A stretch of DNA of 62,804 bases, filler included. It is 5 parts of 5 records of this genome, joined end to end, with 100 filler letters (N's around TTAATTAATTAA, not from the genome) between each part and the next. Parts side by side here need not be neighbours in the genome. Positions count along the whole stretch, not along the records: positions 29,087 to 52,347 come from SRR2962707_3831; 4 more parts are not named here. One strand, given 5' to 3'. Within the stretch, counting starts at the first letter, position 1, and each line of letters opens with the position of its first letter. The notes under the pieces are model-generated. The model was given only the letters and a program-made list of their open reading frames with translations. It was not told the origin of the DNA and did not search any database. Positions 30,880 through 41,367 of this stretch are shown one piece after another. The position numbers and the translations under genes were made by a program.

Positions 30880-32014
30880 ACTCACTCTTGAAGGTGCTCA
30901 GGTTCTGCGGCCCTCGGGTTGGGATGCGGGATCGCTTGCGATCTCGGGCGGGCGAATCCATGAAAATTCCGTCGGTCGACGGGTGGATCTGTCCGGGTAT
31001 CTGGTCCTGCCGGGGATAGTGGATGCACACGGTGACGGATTCGAACGGCACATGGCCCCCCGGCGCGGCGCGTTGCGCGAGGCGTCGCACGGCGTAGTTG
31101 CCTGCGCCGCCGAACTCGCGGCGAATGGCATCACCACGGGCGTTATGGCACAATTCTTCAGCTGGGAAGGCGGGATGCGCGGGCCGGACTTTGCCGAACA
31201 CGTTTTTAGCAGCGTCAACGACGTTGCACCCAGCCTTGCAGTGGATCTGCGCCTTCAACTGCGCCTGGAAACACACCTTTTGGATGATTATTACCGGGCC
31301 GAGGCGGCGGTTGAACGGTTTGGCATCCCTTACGTCGTCTTCAACGACCATCTGCCGCATGCCCGTCTGTTGGAGGGGCGCCGTCCACCTGGCCTGACTG
31401 GCCAGGCGCTGAAAAGCGGGCGCAACCCGGACGTTCATTTCCGCATGTTGCTGGATCTCGAAGCGCGCAGCCAAGAGGTGCCGGATGCGGCGACGTCGCT
31501 CGCGTCGCGGTTGGCGCAACGTGGCGTGCGGCTTGGCTCGCACGACGACCACGACGCTGAGACGCGACAGGTTTGGCGGGCACGTGGGGCAATGGTGTCT
31601 GAATTTCCCGAAACCCTGTCCGCCGCGGCAGGGGCGCACGGCGCCGGTGACCCCGTGGTTCTGGGCGCGCCAAATTTGGTGAGAGGGGCAAGCCACAAAG
31701 GCAATGCTTCAGCGCTGGATCTGGTGCAGGCAGGGTGCGTCGATGCGCTCGCGTCAGATTACCATTACCCGTCGCCCGCGCGAGCGGCTTGGCGTCTGAT
31801 CGAACTGGGAATTTGTGATGCGGCGGCTGCCTGGTCACTTGTGTCCGCAGGACCGGCGCGGGTGCTGGGCCTGTCTGATCGCGGCCAACTTGACGCCGGT
31901 CTGAGGGCGGACATCGTCGTGATCGACCCCGAGACGCATCGGGTCGTCGCCACGCTGGCCAACGGGCAGGTTGCATACCTTTCTGGCGATGTGGCGGTGC
32001 GATTTCTGGCCTAG
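30869..32014 (+). CDS. PhnM-like amidohydrolase (alpha-D-ribose 1-methylphosphonate 5-triphosphate diphosphatase family)
   Basis: [43 protein letters not shown]. Confidence 0.88.
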   Translation: MTIELTLEGAQVLRPSGWDAGSLAISGGRIHENSVGRRVDLSGYLVLPGIVDAHGDGFERHMAPRRGALREASHGVVACAAELAANGITTGVMAQFFSWEGGMRGPDFAEHVFSSVNDVAPSLAVDLRLQLRLETHLLDDYYRAEAAVERFGIPYVVFNDHLPHARLLEGRRPPGLTGQALKSGRNPDVHFRMLLDLEARSQEVPDAATSLASRLAQRGVRLGSHDDHDAETRQVWRARGAMVSEFPETLSAAAGAHGAGDPVVLGAPNLVRGASHKGNASALDLVQAGCVDALASDYHYPSPARAAWRLIELGICDAAAAWSLVSAGPARVLGLSDRGQLDAGLRADIVVIDPETHRVVATLANGQVAYLSGDVAVRFLA

Positions 32015-32029
32015 GTGCGCTGTTCGAAC

Positions 32030-33100
32030 TTAGCCCGCGATGACGTGATTGACATGGCCCATCTTGCGGCCCGGTTTCACCTCTGACTTGCCATAGAGAT
32101 GGAGCGCGGCATTGGTGGCCCGGGCCAGTTCGGGCAGGCGGTCAAGGTCATCGCCGATCAGGTTTTCCATCAGCACATCGGAATGTCGTGCCCCGTCCGC
32201 CAACGGCCAGCCGGTGATCGCGCGGATATGCTGTTCGAACTGGTCGACAGCGCACCCATTCTGGGTCCAGTGGCCGGAATTATGCACCCGAGGCGCGATC
32301 TCGTTTACGATCAACCCCTGTGGGGTCACAAACAATTCGACCCCCAGCACACCGACATAGTCAAGCGCGTTCAAAATCCGCGCGGCGATCAGCACGGCGT
32401 CAGATCGTTGTGATGGGCTCAGCCTTGCCGGCACTGTGGTGGTACGCAGGATCCCATCACGATGCACGTTTTCACCCGGATCGAAACAGGCGACAGATCC
32501 ATCAAGGCCGCGCGCCGCGATCACAGAAACCTCGTGGCTGAAATCTATGAACCCCTCGAGGATCAGCGCGCTGCCATCCAGATCAGTCCAGGCTTGGGCG
32601 CTGCCATCGGGGGACATGATTCGCGCCTGTCCCTTGCCATCATAGCCGAAGCGTCGGGTTTTTAAGATCGAGGGGGTGCCAATCTCTGCCAGTGCAGCGT
32701 CCAGCGCGGCCTCGCTTGGGACATCGGCAAAGGGTGCTGTCGTTAAGGACAGACCTTGCAGGAACGCCTTTTCGGTCAGCCGGTCCTGACTGATCCGCAA
32801 TGCCTCGCGTCCCGGATGGATCGGGCGCACGCCCTCCAGCAGGTCCAGCGCGTCTGTCGGGATGTTTTCGAATTCATACGTGATCACGTCGACCGATCCG
32901 GCAAACGCCCGCAGTGCGGCGTGGTCGTCATAAGGTGCAGTCGTGACCGCATGCGCGACATCGCCCGCGGGGGGCAAGGCACCGGGTTCGAAGATATGGC
33001 TGCGATACCCCAGACGCGCGGCGGTGACCGACAGCATGCGGCCCAACTGGCCACCACCGATGATGCCGATAGTCGAACCGGAGGGGAGGGGCGTGGTCAT
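32030..33100 (-). CDS. purK: N5-CAIR synthase
   Basis: GGGQLGRM, ITYEFEN, GYDGKGQ, NEIAPRVHNSGH, RKMGH. Confidence 0.97.
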   Translation of the reverse strand: MTTPLPSGSTIGIIGGGQLGRMLSVTAARLGYRSHIFEPGALPPAGDVAHAVTTAPYDDHAALRAFAGSVDVITYEFENIPTDALDLLEGVRPIHPGREALRISQDRLTEKAFLQGLSLTTAPFADVPSEAALDAALAEIGTPSILKTRRFGYDGKGQARIMSPDGSAQAWTDLDGSALILEGFIDFSHEVSVIAARGLDGSVACFDPGENVHRDGILRTTTVPARLSPSQRSDAVLIAARILNALDYVGVLGVELFVTPQGLIVNEIAPRVHNSGHWTQNGCAVDQFEQHIRAITGWPLADGARHSDVLMENLIGDDLDRLPELARATNAALHLYGKSEVKPGRKMGHVNHVIAG

Positions 33101-33151
33101 GTCAGTCTCGATCTGGTTGTGGTCCGGATGGATAAACGGCGGCCGATGGCA

Positions 33152-33655
33152 TCAGACGCCCAGGTCACGATCTGGTTCTTCGGGGATCGATGCGGAAAGA
33201 TCTGCGCGCCAGCGGTCCAACCTTTCGGCAAGTGCAGCGTCTTGCAACGCCAAGATACCGGCAGCCATCAGTCCGGCGTTCGCAGCGCCGGCAGCACCGA
33301 TTGCCATGGTGGCAACCGGAAAGCCGCGCGGCATCTGAAGGATCGAATAGAGGCTGTCCACACCCGACAGGGCCCGGGTTTGCACCGGAACGCCGATCAC
33401 GGGCACACGTGTCTTGGATGCCATCATACCGGGCAGATGCGCGGCACCGCCGGCCCCCGCGATGATCACCTGTAATCCGCGCTCAACGGCGGTTTTGCCA
33501 TAGGCCCAAAGTCGATCCGGCGTGCGGTGGGCCGAAACGATTCTGACCTCATGCACAATCCCCAAGGCATCCAGCATGTCCGCCGCGTCTTTCATAGTGG
33601 GCCAATCTGACTGGCTGCCCATGATGATACCGACCTTAGCCTCAACTTGTGTCAT
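33152..33655 (-). CDS. purE: N5-CAIR mutase
   Basis: [24 protein letters not shown]. Confidence 0.97.
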   Translation of the reverse strand: MTQVEAKVGIIMGSQSDWPTMKDAADMLDALGIVHEVRIVSAHRTPDRLWAYGKTAVERGLQVIIAGAGGAAHLPGMMASKTRVPVIGVPVQTRALSGVDSLYSILQMPRGFPVATMAIGAAGAANAGLMAAGILALQDAALAERLDRWRADLSASIPEEPDRDLGV

Positions 33656-33877
33656 GCATTTTCCCCGGTGATGCAAAAACGAACTATATGCATTTGGACG
33701 TCAGGGGCAATGTCAGCCGACGAACAACTGTGCAACGCCCTGTGTTCATGCAATCCCAACGCAACCAGCCGATTCCGGGGTGGCCTCCAAGGGTAATACA
33801 CAGCGCCTCTTCTTCTTTCCTAATACGCCCCTCGAAACTAATCGAATCTTGGCCGTGTGGGGCTGAGTACATTCCGT

Positions 33878-34102
33878 TCAGGCGGTGATGTCGGGTAAAA
33901 GACGGTCTTCGATCAGGGCGATCTTATCCTTTAGGTACAATTTCTTCTTTTTCAACCGCTGCAGCGTCAGTTGGTCAGCTGTGCCGCGGTCCTGCAAGGC
34001 CCGGATGGCATCGTCGAGGTCACGATGTTCACGCCTGAACACTTCAAGTTCGACACGCAGCACGTCGTCGGTTTTCATCGAGATTTCGCCGGGTGCATTC
34101 AT
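33878..34102 (-). CDS. YdcH/DUF465 coiled-coil protein
   Basis: EHRDLDDAI...LKKKKLYLKD. Confidence 0.85.
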   Translation of the reverse strand: MNAPGEISMKTDDVLRVELEVFRREHRDLDDAIRALQDRGTADQLTLQRLKKKKLYLKDKIALIEDRLLPDITA

Positions 34103-34166
34103 GGAACTCTGGATCCTTGGTGTGACTGAAGCTCAGAATAGCGAAAGGCGGCCTAGGCGCAAAGCC

Positions 34167-34195
34167 CTTGCTTTGCTGTTGGGCAATTACCATAT
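34167..34195 (+). promoter_or_regulatory. RpoH-type promoter of the small heat shock gene
   Basis: CTTGCT-N16-ACCATAT. Confidence 0.65.
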
Positions 34196-34200
34196 TAAGG

Positions 34201-34262
34201 TTGCAGGGTTGCCATAACGGGGCTTTTGCAGACTGTCGCTTTTACAAAAGGACGTGTCTATG
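34201..34262 (+). promoter_or_regulatory. ROSE-like RNA thermometer
   Basis: 3-prime hairpin GUC(G)CUUUU-AC-AAAAGGAC (34235-34253) masks the SD with a UCGCU motif; 5-prime hairpin at 34202-34230. Confidence 0.75.
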
Positions 34263-34673
34263 ACCAAAATGTCTTTGGGGTCACACACCCATATGCTGGG
34301 CTTTGAACAGCTGGAACGCTTGCTTGAGCGTACAGCGAAAACCGGTAATGAAGGGTATCCACCCTTCAACATCGAACAGACGGCTCAGGATGCCTACCGC
34401 ATCACATTGGCCGTAGCGGGGTTTTCCGAAGGTGATCTGGCCATCACAGTCGAAGACAGGCAACTGGTGATACGGGGCCGCAGCCGCGAGGATGCGGCGG
34501 AAAGAGTTTTCCTGCATCGCGGTATCGCAGCTCGGCAGTTCCAGCGGTCCTTCGTCCTTGCCGACGGTGTCGAAGTTGGCGAGGCTATCATGGAGAACGG
34601 GCTTCTGCATGTGGATCTCACACTGTCTCGTCCCGAGACCGTTGTGCAGACAATACAGATCAGAAAGGGTTAA
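34260..34673 (+). CDS. ibpA: Small heat shock protein Hsp20 (IbpA-like)
   Basis: YPPFNIE, ITLAVAGF, FLHRGIAARQF, ENGLL. Confidence 0.93.
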   Translation: MTKMSLGSHTHMLGFEQLERLLERTAKTGNEGYPPFNIEQTAQDAYRITLAVAGFSEGDLAITVEDRQLVIRGRSREDAAERVFLHRGIAARQFQRSFVLADGVEVGEAIMENGLLHVDLTLSRPETVVQTIQIRKG

Positions 34674-34904
34674 GTGATGAATACCAAATATGTTTTTGAC
34701 GGACTTGATGAGGACCGACTGGTCTATGTCCGGCCCGTTCTGGTCACAGATCTGCCCGAGGACGTGCAGAATCAGATTGGGGATCAAGATGTTCTTTATG
34801 CGGTGCACCGCGCGGATGGAGAGCGGCTGGCGCTGGTCGCTGATCGAAGCATGGCCTTTTCGCTAGCCCGCCAAAACGATCTGGCACCGGTGACTGTGCA
34901 CTGA
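34674..34904 (+). CDS. DUF1150/HspQ-like small protein
   Basis: VYVRPV...LYAVHRADGERLAL...PVTVH; usual partner of alphaproteobacterial hsp20. Confidence 0.85.
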   Translation: MMNTKYVFDGLDEDRLVYVRPVLVTDLPEDVQNQIGDQDVLYAVHRADGERLALVADRSMAFSLARQNDLAPVTVH

Positions 34905-34931
34905 CTGATTCGGACCCAAGAGCCGAATCTG

Positions 34932-34959
34932 AAAGGCCGTCCCTTGGGCGGCCTTTTTT
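34932..34959 (+). terminator. Rho-independent terminator
   Basis: AAAGGCCGTCC-CTT-GGGCGGCCTTTTTT. Confidence 0.85.
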
Positions 34960-35207
34960 GTTAATGAAGCAAACGTATCCAGGATGTTGTTCATATTAAC
35001 CGATAGATATGACCGCTTCAAAACGTTTCCCCCTACATTGGGCGAATTTTTCCGCAGGACACAGAAAATCCAGTGCATGACTGGCATTGCCGACAGACTT
35101 GACTGCGCGGCATTGGCTGGCAGAAACCTTGCAGACACACAGCTATTCCGCAAAGCTTGCGCTAAGAGAGTCTGCGGTTTTTGTATTTTAAAAACTTCGT
35201 GTGTAAT

Positions 35208-36327
35208 ATGATAATTTATCGATCTGAGGTTTTTGGCAAAGATGGGCGCGTAAACGTTTCTTCGCGCATAGGGCTTGAAAGCGCCGGGGCAAAATTTCCC
35301 GAGACTGGAAATAAATCCGAAATACTCTGGATCGACTGGCCGGTTGAATTTTACTCACCAAAGACAATTGGTCCTGAATGCATGATCGCAATGTGCCTTG
35401 GAGAGCGTATTCAGGAAGCCTCGCCCCACTCCTTAATCAATTCACTAGAAGTTATGGCTGTTTATAAAGCCTACTTTCCGAACGCCGTTGAAGAAGTGCA
35501 GATCGATGCGAAATCCAGGGGCTGGGATGGGCGCGTCTCAACCCGTGTTGGAAGCTTTTTCTCCGGTGGCGTAGATTCGTTTTATAATATTTCTGAAATG
35601 CGTCGCCTGAACCACTCGTTTGGAACCCCATCGATCACAGACCTTATATTGGTGCAAGGTATGGATATAAAACTGACCCAAGAGGATATGTGGGCGGAAA
35701 CAAAACAGCATCTCGTTGGTGACGGCGCTTTTTCCGAATTTCTATCAGTTGTCGACGTGCGGACAATTGTACAAACCCTTCAGCAGGGCATCGTTCCTTG
35801 GGTGAATATGGGGTTTGGGCCGATCCTCGGCGGGATATCCAAGTGTTTCAGTGAGATATTGGGTCCTGTGCTTATTGGGTCGTATGGAAAATATTCCGAT
35901 ATCGTTCCCCATGCGAGTTCCCCTTGATCGATCCGATGTGGTCTTGTGATCGCCAGCACATTCGGCATTTTTCCTGCCGTGTGAATAGGCAGGAAAAAAT
36001 TGACACTATTATTTAGAACGCTCCTGAATTGCTGCGCAACCTGCGTGTACGTTATAAAAAAACACTGCTGGTTCATAAAAGTGCGGAAAATTCGAAAAAT
36101 ACCTGCGCACGAAAATGCAGTTCATGACGCGGGGTCGATTGGAATTAGGCGGTGGTTTTGTTTCTAAACCAAGTCCAGAAGATTTGATGAAGATGAAGCT
36201 TCCAAATAATGGTATGAATCATACAAATTTCGCTTTCTGGCGAGATATCCACGATTAATGCGTCGGCGCGGGCTTGGATGATTACGCCAAGGCCATCGAT
36301 ACCACGATCCGAGCAAGCCAAATTTGA
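35208..36327 (+). pseudogene. Decayed PP-loop (SGGVDS) protein with a C-terminal Cys cluster
   Basis: FFSGGVDS, VQGMDI; frameshift near 35925 into IDPMWS...H...R.EK; in-frame stops; relic CGKFEKYLRT; AT-rich relative to the flanks. Confidence 0.7.
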
Positions 36328-36399
36328 TGCAAAAAATCAAACTTGGCTTGGGCGATTTCGCAGGGCGTTTAACCCAAAGAAAACCTGACCTTTAGATTT

Positions 36400-37404
36400 T
36401 TAATGATCGGTTTTGATTGGCGCGCCATAGCCCAGCGGCTCGGCCTGGTCCTTGCCTGAATCGAGGTCTTGTTCGGATAGCCAGCGTTCGACCTCCAGTG
36501 CGGCCATGCAGCCCATCCCGGCGGATGTCACAGCCTGCCGGTATTTGTGGTCCGTTAGATCCCCCGCAGCAAAGATGCCCGGCACCGACGTTGCTGTGCT
36601 GTCTGCTTGGGTCACTACATAGCCGCCCATATGGGTTTCCAGCTTGTCCTTGACCAACTCGTTTGCCGGGGCATGGCCAATGGCGATAAAAACGCCCTTG
36701 GCAGGGATTTGGGTGATTTCGCCGGTTTCAACATGCCGCGCGCGCACGCCTTCGACGCCCAACGGGGATTCGGTGCCGATCACTTCGACAAGTTCGTGGA
36801 ACCACAGCGTTTCGATCTTGGGGTTCTTGGCCAGACGGTCCTGCAGGATCTTTTCCGCCCGCAGGGTGTCGCGGCGGTGGATCAGTGTAACCTTGGAGGC
36901 AAAGTTGGTCAGGAATAGCGCCTCTTCAACCGCTGTGTTGCCGCCGCCGATCACGACGATCTCTTGCCCGCGATAAAAGAACCCGTCGCAGGTGGCACAG
37001 GCCGAGACGCCAAAACCTTTGAATTTTTCCTCTGACGGTATGCCGAGCCATTTCGCCCGTGCGCCGGTGGCAAGGATCACTGCGTCGGCAGTATAGACCG
37101 TGCCGCTGTCGGACTGCGCCACAAACGGGCGGCTGTCCATATCAAGCGAGGTGATAATGTCGCCGATGATTTCGGTACCCATCGCTCGTGCATGTGCCTC
37201 CATCCGGATCATGAGGTCGGGGCCCTGAACCTGGGTGTCGCCGGGCCAGTTTTCCACTTCGGTTGTGGTGGTAAGCTGGCCACCCGGTTCGATGCCCTGG
37301 ACAAGAATCGGCGACAACATGGCGCGGCTGGCATAGATTCCGGCGGTGTAACCGGCCGGACCGGACCCGATGATCAGAACTTTGGTGTGGCGTGTGTCGG
37401 ACAT
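36400..37404 (-). CDS. trxB: Thioredoxin-disulfide reductase
   Basis: GSGPAG, GGQL, CATCDG, GGGNTA, FAAGD; start MSDTRHTK at 37404. Confidence 0.97.
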   Translation of the reverse strand: MSDTRHTKVLIIGSGPAGYTAGIYASRAMLSPILVQGIEPGGQLTTTTEVENWPGDTQVQGPDLMIRMEAHARAMGTEIIGDIITSLDMDSRPFVAQSDSGTVYTADAVILATGARAKWLGIPSEEKFKGFGVSACATCDGFFYRGQEIVVIGGGNTAVEEALFLTNFASKVTLIHRRDTLRAEKILQDRLAKNPKIETLWFHELVEVIGTESPLGVEGVRARHVETGEITQIPAKGVFIAIGHAPANELVKDKLETHMGGYVVTQADSTATSVPGIFAAGDLTDHKYRQAVTSAGMGCMAALEVERWLSEQDLDSGKDQAEPLGYGAPIKTDH

Positions 37405-37609
37405 CAAAGGCCCCCTTACGTGTGGTTGTGTATCTCGCTCAGGATTTGCATATACGCGCAGGCGGGTGTCGGCGCAAATCAACGACACGCTGCCGTGAAC
37501 AGGCAAAATGCAATCTTGCGATGTGATAAGAATGTTGCGCAATTGGGATATATAATTGTGCCCTCGCAGGCTTGTGTGGTAACAAACGAAAAAATCAGGG
37601 GGTAGGGGC

Positions 37610-38110
37610 GTGCCGACACACAGGCTTGATCCGATTGACCGCAAAATTCTATCCGAACTTCAGGCCGATGGCCGAATGACCAACGTGGAACTGGCTAAAC
37701 GGGTGGGCATTTCCGCGCCGCCCTGCCTGCGCCGAGTGCGAACGCTGGAAGAACAGGGATTCATTCGTGGCTATCACGCCGAGGTCGATCCGCGTGAGTT
37801 GGGTTTCGAGGTACAGGTCTTTGCCATGGTCGGACTGCAAAGTCAGGCCGAGGGGGATCTGAGTGCCTTCGAGGATCGCTGCCGCTCTTGGCCGCTTGTA
37901 CGCGAATGTCACATGCTCAACGGTGAGGTGGATTTCATCCTCAAATGCGTGGCACCGGATCTTAGCACTTTTCAGAGCTTTCTAACCGGGCAGCTGCTGA
38001 CCGCGCAGAATGTCGGCAGCGTCAAGACAAGCCTGGTCATTCGTGGCGCCAAGGATGAACCGGGTGTGCCCTTTGACATCCTTGAACAGCGGCTGAGCCG
38101 GTCTGCCTGA
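37610..38110 (+). CDS. Lrp/AsnC-family regulator
   Basis: LDPIDRKIL..LQADGR...GISAPPCLRRVR. Confidence 0.93.
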   Translation: MPTHRLDPIDRKILSELQADGRMTNVELAKRVGISAPPCLRRVRTLEEQGFIRGYHAEVDPRELGFEVQVFAMVGLQSQAEGDLSAFEDRCRSWPLVRECHMLNGEVDFILKCVAPDLSTFQSFLTGQLLTAQNVGSVKTSLVIRGAKDEPGVPFDILEQRLSRSA

Positions 38111-38122
38111 CGGCGACGGCCG

Positions 38123-38875
38123 CTACAGTCGGATCGTAGAAATAAGGCGTCCGTAGTCCGCCTCTTTCGTATGGGTGGTGCGGCGATAGGAATAGAACCG
38201 CTCGGCATCGGAATAGGTGCAGTGCCGGGTCCATTCCGCCGATACTCCGGCTAGGCGCAGACGATATAGGCCAAAGGCCGGCAGGTCGAAATGCAGCCGG
38301 TCGCCCGCGCCATTTGCAAAAAAACGGGTGTATTGCGGATCTTCGATCATAAACGTCTCAAAGAACTCTGGTCCCACTTCATAGGCGGGCTGGCTGATCG
38401 CCGGGCCGATCACGGCCCTAATGTTTTCTCGGTCAGCCCCCAGTGCCTCCATCGCTTCGACCGTTTTTTCGAGAACGCCATCCAGTGCACCGCGCCATCC
38501 GGCATGGGCGGCGCCAATCACCCCGTTTGTTGTGTCGGCAAACAGCACTGGCTGACAATCTGCGGTCAGTATCGACAGGGCAAGGCCGGGCGTAGCTGTG
38601 ACCAAGGCATCGGCCTGGGGTTTGTCCCGGGTCGGGCCGATCACTGTCACCACGTCCGTCGAATGCACCTGATGCACGCCGACAAGGTGGGTGGCGGGCA
38701 CCTGCAACGCGTCGGCGACACGGCTGCGGTTTATCGACACAATTTCGGACTGGTCGGTCGAACCTGTACCGCAGTTCAGCCCTGCGAACACACCCGAGGA
38801 CGCGCCACCCTTGCGGGTGAAGAACCCGTGGTGCAGCGGTGACAGGCTGTTGACCGTAATTATTTCAAGCGCCAT
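38123..38875 (-). CDS. pgeF: PgeF/YfiH-family protein
   Basis: HGFFTRKGG, QVHS, TADCQP, AHAGWRG, FYSYRR. Confidence 0.93.
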   Translation of the reverse strand: MALEIITVNSLSPLHHGFFTRKGGASSGVFAGLNCGTGSTDQSEIVSINRSRVADALQVPATHLVGVHQVHSTDVVTVIGPTRDKPQADALVTATPGLALSILTADCQPVLFADTTNGVIGAAHAGWRGALDGVLEKTVEAMEALGADRENIRAVIGPAISQPAYEVGPEFFETFMIEDPQYTRFFANGAGDRLHFDLPAFGLYRLRLAGVSAEWTRHCTYSDAERFYSYRRTTHTKEADYGRLISTIRL

Positions 38876-39935
38876 GCGCGAATCCTGGGGCTGTCGGTGC
38901 ACCGTGTGGGAATAAACCAAGCATCTTGAATATCGTCCCCATTTCGTCGGGGTGGGTCAACCGGCGATGTGCATTTACATGACTGTTGAGGGCGTCACCC
39001 TCCAACCGTGCTGCAAGGGTCCGCGCCCGTTCGGTGATGCCAAGCCGTTCGAGAAGTACACCCTGCGGAACCAGGCGGGTGTGCGCGCAGGGTGCGGCCT
39101 GTGCCAGTGCCTCGAAATCCACATGGGCGGTTAGATCGGCTTGACCTGGATCCTTCAGCGGGTCCGTGGTCTGATGTCGGCGGACCGCCTGAAAGGTGTC
39201 GCCAAGGCTGCGCCAGCCGCCGTAATCCGCAATCAGCGCCAAACCGCCGTGGGTTGCAATGCGTTGCCCTAGCGCTGCAGCGATCGGTTGGGCCGGGGCG
39301 CAGGTTTCGATCAGATCGCCGTCGCGCGTATCATCCAGCCGCTCTATCAGGCTTGGGTCCGGCAGGGCGTCTGTCATGCCAAAGGCAAGCTGCCCCTGAC
39401 GTAGTCCCACGACCCGTTCACGCCACAGACCTCCGTCGCGTTGGAACTGGCGCACTGGAAGGGCGTCGAAAAATTCGCTGGCCACGGCGAACAACGGCGC
39501 ATCTTTGGGCAAATCATCGACGCTGTCGTGCCAAACGGGGTTGGCGGACCGGAGCGTGGCGGCCTGACGGGCGCGAAGGGTTGGTGAAACTTCGACCAGA
39601 TGTAAACGCGACGCGGCGTGAAACCCCGGAACGCCCGCCGTCGCGCGTAGGATGTCGGCCATCAGCGTGCCACGACCGGGGCCAAGTTCGGCCAAGGTGA
39701 AGGCCGACGGCGCCCCTTGATCCAGCCAGCTCTGCGCCAACGCCAGGCCGATCAGCTCTCCGTACATCTGGCTAATCTCTGGGGCGGTGGTGAAATCGCC
39801 GTCTGTCCCAAAGGGATCTCGGGTGGTGTAATAGCCGTGTTCAGGGTGCAGCAGGCAGGCCGTCATGTACTGCGCGATGGTCAGCGGTCCCTGCGCGGCG
39901 ATCCGTACCACAAGGATATCGCGTAATGCGGTCAT
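38865..39935 (-). CDS. MidA/NDUFAF7-family SAM-dependent methyltransferase
   Basis: GYY...[34 protein letters not shown]. Confidence 0.92.
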   Translation of the reverse strand: MTALRDILVVRIAAQGPLTIAQYMTACLLHPEHGYYTTRDPFGTDGDFTTAPEISQMYGELIGLALAQSWLDQGAPSAFTLAELGPGRGTLMADILRATAGVPGFHAASRLHLVEVSPTLRARQAATLRSANPVWHDSVDDLPKDAPLFAVASEFFDALPVRQFQRDGGLWRERVVGLRQGQLAFGMTDALPDPSLIERLDDTRDGDLIETCAPAQPIAAALGQRIATHGGLALIADYGGWRSLGDTFQAVRRHQTTDPLKDPGQADLTAHVDFEALAQAAPCAHTRLVPQGVLLERLGITERARTLAARLEGDALNSHVNAHRRLTHPDEMGTIFKMLGLFPHGAPTAPGFAHGA

Positions 39936-40819
39936 TCCTTGCGACGCGCCCACAGGATAAGCCCCAGACCCAGCAGGATCATCGGCAGCGACAGGATCTG
40001 CCCCATTGTCAGACCATAGCCACCGCTGTGCCATGCCAGGCCCAGCGGATTTCCGGGTGTAACGAACTGTGCATCGGGCTGACGCACGAATTCGACGACG
40101 AAACGGGCCAGACCATAACCGACAGCGAAGATCCCGGTCAGCAATCCGGGCCGCTTCAAGGCATTGCTGCGAAAGGCGAGCCATATCAGCAGGCCGCCCA
40201 GCAGCAGCCCTTCGAGGGCGGCCTCATACAGCTGCGAGGGGTGTCGCGCGCAAATCATGCCCAAGGTTTGCCCGCAGGCCTGCGCCGCCTGACCCGGAAA
40301 GATGACACCCCAGGGCAGGTCTGTCGGACGGCCCCAAAGTTCGGCATTCACGAAATTCGCCAGTCGCCCAAGCATCAGACCCGGGGGCGTCGCCAGCGCC
40401 ATCATGTCCGCCATCGACAACAGCGGCAGCGTATGTCGCAGCCCATAGAACAGCGCCGCCAGCGTGACGCCGATCAGACCGCCGTGAAACGACATGCCGC
40501 CCTGCCAGATTTTCAGGATCTGTATCGGATGGCTCAGATAAAAGCTGGGTTCGTAAAACAGCGCGAAACCTATCCGACCGCCAAGAATCACGCCCAGAAT
40601 GATCCAGGTCAGCAGATCTTCGACCTGTGGGGGACCCATCGGCGGGGTGGCATTGGGCCAAAGCGCGGGCCGCTTGACCGCCGTCACAGCAAGCCGCCAG
40701 GCAATCAAGATGCCCGCAATATAGGCCAGCGCATACCACCGCAGGGCAAATTCCATCCCGAAAACCGAGATTGAAAACAGTTCGGGTGAAACGGGTGGAA
40801 AGGGGATGCCTGTGTTCAT
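39932..40819 (-). CDS. lgt: Prolipoprotein diacylglyceryl transferase
   Basis: [37 protein letters not shown]. Confidence 0.97.
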   Translation of the reverse strand: MNTGIPFPPVSPELFSISVFGMEFALRWYALAYIAGILIAWRLAVTAVKRPALWPNATPPMGPPQVEDLLTWIILGVILGGRIGFALFYEPSFYLSHPIQILKIWQGGMSFHGGLIGVTLAALFYGLRHTLPLLSMADMMALATPPGLMLGRLANFVNAELWGRPTDLPWGVIFPGQAAQACGQTLGMICARHPSQLYEAALEGLLLGGLLIWLAFRSNALKRPGLLTGIFAVGYGLARFVVEFVRQPDAQFVTPGNPLGLAWHSGGYGLTMGQILSLPMILLGLGLILWARRKE

Positions 40820-40868
40820 TTGCTGCTAATTGCCTCTGGCTGAGTGGGGAAGTCAACCGGCTGGCGCA

Positions 40869-40897
40869 CTTGTGACCGGGCCGATCCGAGCCCATAT
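40869..40897 (+). promoter_or_regulatory. RpoH-type promoter upstream of the ubiK-like gene
   Basis: CTTGTG-N16-CCCATAT. Confidence 0.6.
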
Positions 40898-40928
40898 ATA
40901 AAAAATAGATGTAACGGCGGAGAGTCCC

Positions 40929-41171
40929 ATGCAAACGCGCAACAAAGTTTTTGACGATATCTCGCAGCTTATGACCAACGCTATGGGCGTGGCACAAGGC
41001 GCGCGGGATGAGGCACAGACAGCAATGAAATCCATGATGGATCGCTGGCTGGCAGACCGCGATTTTGTCACCCGCGAAGAATTCGATGCGGTTCGTGCCA
41101 TGGCTCAAAAGGCCCGCGAAGAAAATATGGCGCTCAAAGCCCGTCTCGACGCGATGGAATCCGGCAAGTAG
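40929..41171 (+). CDS. ubiK: UbiK/BMFP-family accessory factor
   Basis: DFVTREEFDAVRAMAQKAREEN. Confidence 0.88.
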   Translation: MQTRNKVFDDISQLMTNAMGVAQGARDEAQTAMKSMMDRWLADRDFVTREEFDAVRAMAQKAREENMALKARLDAMESGK

Positions 41172-41306
41172 GATTCCAAAGTCGGGCAGGTGTGATAACG
41201 ATCCGGGGCGCCATTCCGCGCGTCCCGGTAGGTTTTCGACGCCGACGCATTTATTAAATCTCTTGCAACTCGCGGCTTGATTCCAGCCTAAGTTTTGGCT
41301 AGGAGG

Positions 41307-41322
41307 TGAACTGATTAGTTCA
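41307..41322. promoter_or_regulatory. Palindromic operator upstream of the RND operon
   Basis: TGAACT-GATT-AGTTCA. Confidence 0.55.
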
Positions 41323-41367
41323 GTTTACGGCAACCACCTCGGTGCTGTCGTCAAGGGGATTGCCGCA

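Noticed and set aside
30869-32014. Orphan phnM as a novel phosphonate pathway
   Set aside because: No other phn genes nearby; stand-alone PhnM-like paralogs are common in Rhodobacteraceae
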